Below are positions 58,463-64,000 of a DNA stretch of 64,000 nt, piece by piece (the first letter of the stretch is position 1; each line of letters starts with the position of its first letter). Made by a program: the position numbers and the translations under genes. Below the pieces are notes generated by a model. The model ran no database searches. It worked only from the letters and a program-made list of their open reading frames with translations, and was not told the origin of the DNA. The stretch spans positions 288,001-352,000 of the forward strand of contig CAWFJP010000005.1 in assembly GCA_963816145.1 (NCBI GenBank). Direction: 5' to 3'. The DNA is from an uncultured delta proteobacterium (lineage in GTDB: Bacteria; Desulfobacterota; Binatia; UBA9968).

Positions 58463-58908
58463 TGTTGCTGCTCCGCTGGTTTGTTCTCCGACTTGACCGG
58501 ATTGTATAGATGTTCTTTCAGCCCGGTGTGCACGCCGTAGATAACCTTACCGATCTTGGGTTTCTTCAAGGGCTCGGTGCTCACCTGGTAGAGGATCAGC
58601 CGTTCGGTACCGGTGTTGTTGAGCTGGTAGAAAAAACCTGGAGGGACATGGACGGCTTGGTGTTGTTTGAGATGATATTCTTCGCCGTCATGCAATCCCT
58701 TCATGGTGCACTCGCCCTGGACCACGAAAAACGTGTGATCGGAGCCGGGATGGCAGTGGAGCTCGTCGTTGACGCCGGGCTCGTAGCTGTTGAGCGCGAT
58801 ATGCAGCCGGTCGGTTTGGGTCGGACGCGCGTAGTTGCGGCCCGTGGGCTTGCCCCACTGAGCCTCCTTCACAACGTCGACTTTGGTAATCTTGGTAATC
58901 TTTTCCAT
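58459..58908 (-). CDS. cupin domain protein
   Basis: ELHCHPGSDHTFFVVQG...VHVPPG; RBS aggagg before ATG 58908. Confidence 0.82.
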   Translation of the reverse strand: MEKITKITKVDVVKEAQWGKPTGRNYARPTQTDRLHIALNSYEPGVNDELHCHPGSDHTFFVVQGECTMKGLHDGEEYHLKQHQAVHVPPGFFYQLNNTGTERLILYQVSTEPLKKPKIGKVIYGVHTGLKEHLYNPVKSENKPAEQQQ

Positions 58909-59138
58909 GGATATCCTCCTGGTAAGTTCGATCCCGCTAAATCTACAGGATGTTGGCAATCAAAAACAAGTGGTGCGCAAATCCTGGCTCTTCGTGTTGA
59001 CAGAATTGCTCGCCGACCATAGATTCGCGGCATGGCGATGTTTTCAGTCAAACTAAAAAAGCGGCTGGCTGCGATTTCCCTCATCGCTACAACGTTTAAG
59101 CTAGGTTAATACTGATAACACCCAAGGAAGACGCTTAC

Positions 59139-60188
59139 ATGAAGACATTATTCAGACTCATCGTGTCGTTGATCGTCACCGCTTCCGTTGACGTTTCGGC
59201 CCAGGGGGCCAAGCCGTCGACCCTCGCTGATCTCGTTAAATATCGTGGCGCCGATCGGGAGAAGATTCTTTACGAGGGCGCCAAGCGGGAAGGAAGTTTC
59301 GTTTGGTACACCTCCCTGGTGCCGCATAAGGAGATCAGCAAGGTTTTCATGAGCAAGTATCCCGGTGTCAGCATTGATATCTATCGCGCCGACGGGGTGA
59401 CCCTTGCGAATCGCGCTATGGCCGAGCATCAGGCGCGCCGTCACATTATGGACGCCATCGAAACCACGCCGCCGCCATTGATGCCGCTGCGCGATAACAA
59501 GTTGCTGATGCCGTACTGGTCCCCGCATCTGGCGGCTTATCCCGAAATTGCCAAGGAAAAGGCCGATGGCGATCTGGTGTGGTGGAGCACTGACCGCGAG
59601 TCGTTGATCGGCGTCGGCTACAACAAGAATACATTTCCCGCCGCCGATCTGCCGAAGCGTTTCGACGACCTGCTCAAGCCGGCGTTGAAGGGCAAAATGG
59701 GGGTGGCGAACAACGAGACCGGCGCCCGCGCCCTCGGCGGCATCATCAAGGCCAAGGGAGAGGAATTTGTCCGGCGGCTCAAAGATCAAGAAGCGCGCCC
59801 GCACGCGACAAGTGCCGCGGGGTTGGCCGATCTGATCATTCGTGGCGAGGTGCCGATCTCCTTTACCATGGTGCAAACCAATTTGACGCAGCCCGCTGCC
59901 ACGCGCGGCGCACCGGTGGGCTGGGTGCCGATGGAGGTCGTGCCGGTCAATGCCGGCGGCGCCGCGATTTCGGCCAATGCGGCCCATCCCCATGCGGCAT
60001 TGTTGTTCATCGATTTTCTGCTTGGTCCGGAAGGCCAGAAGATGTATGCCGACAAACTTTTCTATACCAGCGCGACGAGAAAAGTCAGCTATGAGAAATG
60101 GTATCCCGATAAAGGATTGACCACGGCGGAGTACGAAGAACGGGCCGACAAGTGGCTGAAGCTCCTGCGCGAGATTACCCGAAAGTAG
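59139..60188 (+). CDS. extracellular solute-binding protein (AfuA/SBP_bac_6-like)
   Basis: Signal peptide, GAKREG.FVWYTS, GYNK, DDLLKPALKGK, AAHPHAALLFIDFLL. Confidence 0.85.
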   Translation: MKTLFRLIVSLIVTASVDVSAQGAKPSTLADLVKYRGADREKILYEGAKREGSFVWYTSLVPHKEISKVFMSKYPGVSIDIYRADGVTLANRAMAEHQARRHIMDAIETTPPPLMPLRDNKLLMPYWSPHLAAYPEIAKEKADGDLVWWSTDRESLIGVGYNKNTFPAADLPKRFDDLLKPALKGKMGVANNETGARALGGIIKAKGEEFVRRLKDQEARPHATSAAGLADLIIRGEVPISFTMVQTNLTQPAATRGAPVGWVPMEVVPVNAGGAAISANAAHPHAALLFIDFLLGPEGQKMYADKLFYTSATRKVSYEKWYPDKGLTTAEYEERADKWLKLLREITRK

Positions 60189-60436
60189 CTTGCGGGGCGC
60201 TTATGTGGCTCAATTCCCTGTACGAATTCCCCTTATTTAACAGAAGGTTGCCACGACTTCAGAGTCTTTTCTTGAAGACTGCCTAGCTAAAATGGCCGGT
60301 TCGACCGGCATAATATTTTCAAGCCGCCGAAATTCAACGGGAAATACCCCTCGGCGAAGTGAATCCCGCACCCCCTCCCTTTGACGTCTAACTAACGAGT
60401 GATAAGCGTAGCTGCTCCAACTTAGGGGAGGGCATA

Positions 60437-60499
60437 ATGGCTGCAAAAATCGACTGCATGACCTGCCGGAAACGGCCGAGAAAAAAGACGCGGAAATAG
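60437..60499 (+). CDS. putative 20-aa CxxC basic micro-peptide MAAKIDCMTCRKRPRKKTRK
   Basis: Strong SD (aggggaggg) 4 nt before ATG, TTGACG -35 at 60381, terminator downstream. Confidence 0.4.
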   Translation: MAAKIDCMTCRKRPRKKTRK

Positions 60500-60559
60500 T
60501 GGATTGATAATCGAGGATAGAGGATCGAAGATCGAAAAACTCTCCGTTACCAATACCAA

Positions 60560-60605
60560 AAACAAAAAAGGGCCTGCGATAAACAACGCAGGCCCTTTTT
60601 TGTTT
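60560..60605. terminator. bidirectional rho-independent terminator
   Basis: Perfect 19-bp inverted repeat aaacaaaaaagggcctgcg / cgcaggcccttttttgttt. Confidence 0.88.
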
Positions 60606-60624
60606 AACGGGTGATCTTCTCGAT

Positions 60625-61461
60625 TTAGAAGAAAGCCAACGTCCGCATCTCGATGCTTTCGCGCGGCGGCACATTGGGCGGGGCCGTCGGGTCGTCAAAG
60701 GCGCAGTGGGCGGTCCAGCGGGCCCGGCCGTCTTTGAGCGAGTCGTAGCACTTGAACACCATGGCCTCGTTGCGCTGCATGTTGGGAAAGTAGCACCAGC
60801 GATGCGCCGGGTTATGGGTCATGTGGTAGACCTCGCCGCGCCGGTTCGGGTAAATGCGCGCGCTCGGGATCAGTTCACTGGTTCCAATGGACTGGGCGTC
60901 GGCGATGGCGAGATGGTCGTTTTGCACCGGCTGGTTGATCGGCCGCCAGGTTTGCACCACGGCGAAGCGCCGGCTGATGAGTTCTTCGGCTTCATCTGGC
61001 AGCAACTCGCGCACCCGCTGCGGTCCCGACCACTCCGTGTAGTCATTGTGCGCGTTGCGTACCGGGCTGCTTACCTGATTGGCCTCGCGGATGGCGCTGT
61101 CCGCGGCGCGCAACGTGTGATCGAACACCAGCACCCGTTTGGCGCCGGAGATTTGCTTTACCAGTTCCTCGGTTTCGTTGTAATAGATCGAGCGCACTTC
61201 ATCTTCGTCGTAGAAATTTTTCACCTGGGTGTCGTGACGGACGAGGACGAACCCCTCGCGCTCCAGTGACAGCCGATCGGCGATGTCCCGGCCATTGTAG
61301 ATCGGCATCTTGAACTCGGCGTACTTGCCCTTGCGCTTTTGGTCCGCTACCTCTTGCCGGACCCCGCCATAGCTCTCGGGTGTTTCGCTAGTATCGACGA
61401 GATAGTTCAAAATCGCTTCAAATGCCGGCGCGGGCTCGTTGATTTGTTCGGCTCGTGACAT
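60625..61461 (-). CDS. CmcJ/NvfI (AsaB-like) family oxidoreductase
   Basis: LEREGFVL, VLVFDHTLR, AHNDYT, QTWRPI, HRWCYFP.M, FKCYDS, HCAF. Confidence 0.8.
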   Translation of the reverse strand: MSRAEQINEPAPAFEAILNYLVDTSETPESYGGVRQEVADQKRKGKYAEFKMPIYNGRDIADRLSLEREGFVLVRHDTQVKNFYDEDEVRSIYYNETEELVKQISGAKRVLVFDHTLRAADSAIREANQVSSPVRNAHNDYTEWSGPQRVRELLPDEAEELISRRFAVVQTWRPINQPVQNDHLAIADAQSIGTSELIPSARIYPNRRGEVYHMTHNPAHRWCYFPNMQRNEAMVFKCYDSLKDGRARWTAHCAFDDPTAPPNVPPRESIEMRTLAFF

Positions 61462-61494
61462 AAGCGGTTTCCTTTGGGGGTAATCGAACAATGG

Positions 61495-61577
61495 TTCACC
61501 ACGAAGGCACGAAGGACACGAAGGTTTCGAACGATCTAACTTCCGAACTTCGCGCTTTTCGTGTCCTTCGTGGTGAA
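61495..61577. repeat. CACGAAG-family inverted repeat
   Basis: ttcaccacgaaggcacgaaggacacgaagg ... ttcgtgtccttcgtggtgaa; same family as 18266-18547 and 33405-33486. Confidence 0.78.
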
Positions 61578-61608
61578 CATGTCTTGGTCTTCGTGGCGCT
61601 GGCTATTC

Positions 61609-62247
61609 CTACTTCGGCATCATCTCGCAGGGTGTCTGCCTAGGGCCGAGGCTTTCGTAGTAGTCGTTGGTCTCCGGATTGTACCGGCCCTGGTTGAAGT
61701 CGCCGCCTTTTTGACTACGGATGATCACCGCCACGGTGCGTTCGCCGACGGTGAGCTCGGTGTGGATTTCATATGGCTTTACCAGATCGATGTCGCCCGG
61801 CCCGCAGAGCACGTTGCTCGATTCCTTGATCTGGGCAAAGTTGGGCTTGGAGCGGTCGTCGAGCCGGTCGTAGCGCACAACTTTTTCTCGGCCATCAATG
61901 ACGCCATAAAGCGTGTAGATATGCGCGTGATCGTGAATCCGCGCCGGCGCGCCCTGGCGCGCTTGGCCTTTGGTCAGGCCGTTGATGGCGAAGCCGTAGT
62001 CGGGGTCCTCGTAGAAAAGCAGGTTCTCGGCGCGGCCGTTGGCGGGCACGCAATCGGGCCAGGTCTTCGAGGCGGCGACCATATCGGGATCGGCCAAGAG
62101 TTCGGCTAAGATCGGCCGCAGGCCATTCCAGCGTTTGTCGAGATCGGCTTCCTTGGCGAACAGCTCGCGGGTCTTTCGGATGAAACGATCTTTAGCATTT
62201 TCGCTGCTCGTTTGTCTCGTCGTGGTGGTTGCAGTTTGGGTTTCCAT
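61609..62247 (-). CDS. cysteine/thiol dioxygenase-like cupin
   Basis: LLFYEDPDYGF, IHDHAHIYTLYGVIDG, EIHTE (possible 3-His site); RBS aggagga. Confidence 0.7.
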   Translation of the reverse strand: METQTATTTTRQTSSENAKDRFIRKTRELFAKEADLDKRWNGLRPILAELLADPDMVAASKTWPDCVPANGRAENLLFYEDPDYGFAINGLTKGQARQGAPARIHDHAHIYTLYGVIDGREKVVRYDRLDDRSKPNFAQIKESSNVLCGPGDIDLVKPYEIHTELTVGERTVAVIIRSQKGGDFNQGRYNPETNDYYESLGPRQTPCEMMPK

Positions 62248-62260
62248 GTTTCCTCCTGGT

Positions 62261-63433
62261 CTAGGGTTGGAGTTGTGGTTGCGGGTTTGAGGTTGAGCTG
62301 CTGCGCGATTCATATTCCCCCGCACCGTAGAAGCGCGCGCAGTTGTCCCAAAGGATCTTGCGCTTGTCGTCGTCGGAAAGTTTCAACTCAAGAAAGCTCT
62401 TGACGGCGTTGGGATACTTCGAGTCACCATGCGGATAGTCGGTGGAGAATACCAACTGATCGCAACCGAACTCTTCGATCGTGTAGCGTGCCGGCGCTTC
62501 ATCGGGCTCGATGGAGATCCAGCATTGGCGTTTGAAATACTCGCTGGGCGGCATCTTCAAATCCGACATGAAGACATCGCCTTCACGCTCGTAGCCTTCG
62601 TCCAGCCGCCATAACAGCCAGGGCAGCCAGGAACAGTTGGCTTCAAGAAAGGCGACGCGCATCTTGGGATGACGTTCCAAAATACCTCCGCCCAAGAAAG
62701 CGCCCATGCCCATCATCTGCTCGAACGGTTGGGCATAAACGCGGCGCAGACCGAAGTTGGGTTCGAAATGTTCCGCCGCCTGGCGCGAGCGCGATGCCGA
62801 AGCTTCGTGGAAGCCCAACGGCAAATTCAATTCTTCGAGCAATTCCCAGAGCGGCTCGTAGTGCGGGTCATACCAGTTCTTGCCGTTGATGATGTTGGAG
62901 CGCAGGAACACCGAGCGAAAACCATACTCTTCTTTGACCCGGCGGGTTTCGCGCAAAGCATCGTCGAGATCGTAGACCGAGATCATGCCGGCGCCGAGGA
63001 GCCGCTCGGGATCGGCGGAGCAAAAGTCATGCAGCCAATCGTTGTAGGCGCGCGCCATGGCGTCAGCGAAGCGCGGATCTTGGTCGGGGAAGGTGAGTAT
63101 GCCCAGTCCGCGAGTCGGGAACAGCACCGCGGTGTCGATGCCTTCGGTGTCCATCGCTTCCAACTGCACGTGACCGGTCCAGCCGCGCTCGGCGTGGCTG
63201 CGATAGATCTCCTGATTCTTATTGAAGTTGCTGCCGCGGTGCGGTGTGCCACCGGTGCGCCGGGTGTCTTTGGGCACTTTAGGAAAGATCGTGCCGAGAT
63301 CGCGGACGTTGTCCGAGGTCCGGCCGCGCGGCGCCTGATCGCGAAATTTGGGATCAATATAGCGCTCCCAAAGATCGGGCGGCTCCATGATATGCATGTC
63401 GCTGTCGAAAACTTTGAATCCATTTTTCGCCAT
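62261..63433 (-). CDS. amidohydrolase_2 family protein
   Basis: FDSDMH, ARAYNDW, GFHE, RVAFLEANCSW, STDYPH; start MAKNGF. Confidence 0.88.
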   Translation of the reverse strand: MAKNGFKVFDSDMHIMEPPDLWERYIDPKFRDQAPRGRTSDNVRDLGTIFPKVPKDTRRTGGTPHRGSNFNKNQEIYRSHAERGWTGHVQLEAMDTEGIDTAVLFPTRGLGILTFPDQDPRFADAMARAYNDWLHDFCSADPERLLGAGMISVYDLDDALRETRRVKEEYGFRSVFLRSNIINGKNWYDPHYEPLWELLEELNLPLGFHEASASRSRQAAEHFEPNFGLRRVYAQPFEQMMGMGAFLGGGILERHPKMRVAFLEANCSWLPWLLWRLDEGYEREGDVFMSDLKMPPSEYFKRQCWISIEPDEAPARYTIEEFGCDQLVFSTDYPHGDSKYPNAVKSFLELKLSDDDKRKILWDNCARFYGAGEYESRSSSTSNPQPQLQP

Positions 63434-63626
63434 GGTTCCCCCTTTGATTTGCCGAGCGTAATGCCGAGTTAGGGGAGATGTCAAGCAATGTTTACTTTGA
63501 GTTGTCGGCGGGTTGGATCGCCGCTCCAGCGCGCAGATTCGGCGGAGATTTCTCGCTGCCCTCGAAATGACTATTGATGATGAATTGACCATGTCACAGT
63601 TTGCGGTCTTTCAAGTGTCGCTAACG

Positions 63627-64000
63627 TCACGGCATGTTAACGCCGGTAGGAGCGAAGTACTCTGAGCCCGTTGTGCGGGATGCACCCCATGGCAGTTCGA
63701 GCTGGTTGCCCTCAGGAAAGAGAACTTGCGCCGTCCCTTCAATGCGCTCGCCACGCACTTTGCCGCTGAATTCATGACGGGTTAGGCCGATGCCTTCCAA
63801 CGTCATGACGAGGTTGAACGAGATGTTCTCGCCGTTGAGCTTCATGTCGCTCAGCACTTCACGGTTGGCGCCGGCGCGGACGACGCCTTCGGCGCTTTGG
63901 AATTGCTGTTCCAACACCGCGGCGTAGGCGATGCGCTGGCCGGCGAGGTTAAACTCCCAGCTCCAGTTGCCGGCAATGCGCGCCGGCACGATCCAGAGGT
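63627..64000 (-). CDS. C-terminal part of a probable class I SAM-dependent methyltransferase with beta-barrel extension (partial)
   Basis: Reads ...LWIVPARIAGNWSW...LEQQFQ...; the frame is open to the window edge. Confidence 0.55.
   Translation of the reverse strand, partial: LWIVPARIAGNWSWEFNLAGQRIAYAAVLEQQFQSAEGVVRAGANREVLSDMKLNGENISFNLVMTLEGIGLTRHEFSGKVRGERIEGTAQVLFPEGNQLELPWGASRTTGSEYFAPTGVNMP

Noticed and set aside
17141-61577. Periodic GTTCAA / GTTCCA / CACGAAG repeats as CRISPR arrays
   Set aside because: Units are 7-9 nt, arranged as inverted arms, without unique 30-40 nt spacers, and there are no cas genes.
1-64000. tRNA (including selC), rRNA, transposase, integrase or prophage genes
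   Set aside because: None recognised in the window; the Sec machinery must be encoded elsewhere if the selenoprotein call is correct.

Overview
GC-rich bacterial chromosome segment with about 55 CDS and no rRNA, tRNA, CRISPR, transposase or integrase. The gene content (five amidohydrolase_2 paralogs, six orphan solute-binding proteins, dense short palindromic intergenic repeats) suggests a Deltaproteobacteria-like lineage such as Ca. Binatota (inference). Recognisable housekeeping genes are the acyl-CoA carboxylase pccB/accC/BCCP set, pyruvoyl arginine decarboxylase, tatA/B-tatC, an HDAC-family gene, fabF-fabH, pncB, etfBA, nadA and rfbACBD. The strongest hidden signal is at 48996-50630. The ORF track splits it in two, but it is one in-frame 544-aa selenoprotein: a UGA at codon 96 in a U-G-S-C motif, followed 11 nt later by a perfect 8-bp SECIS-like hairpin. 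It fuses a UGSC (GrdB/PrdB-like) domain to an uncharacterised ~350-aa domain and lies between nadA and an NMT1-like binding protein. Other notable items: a stand-alone PaaA-like diiron enzyme plus 63-aa protein upstream of etfBA; a zeta-toxin-like ATPase and an uncalled 52-aa ORF bracketed by a duplicated etfA 3' end and terminator; a 20-aa CxxC micro-ORF; a two-component envelope-modification island with a repeated cop-box-like motif; several apparently leaderless genes; and several single-base frameshifts that are probably sequencing errors.
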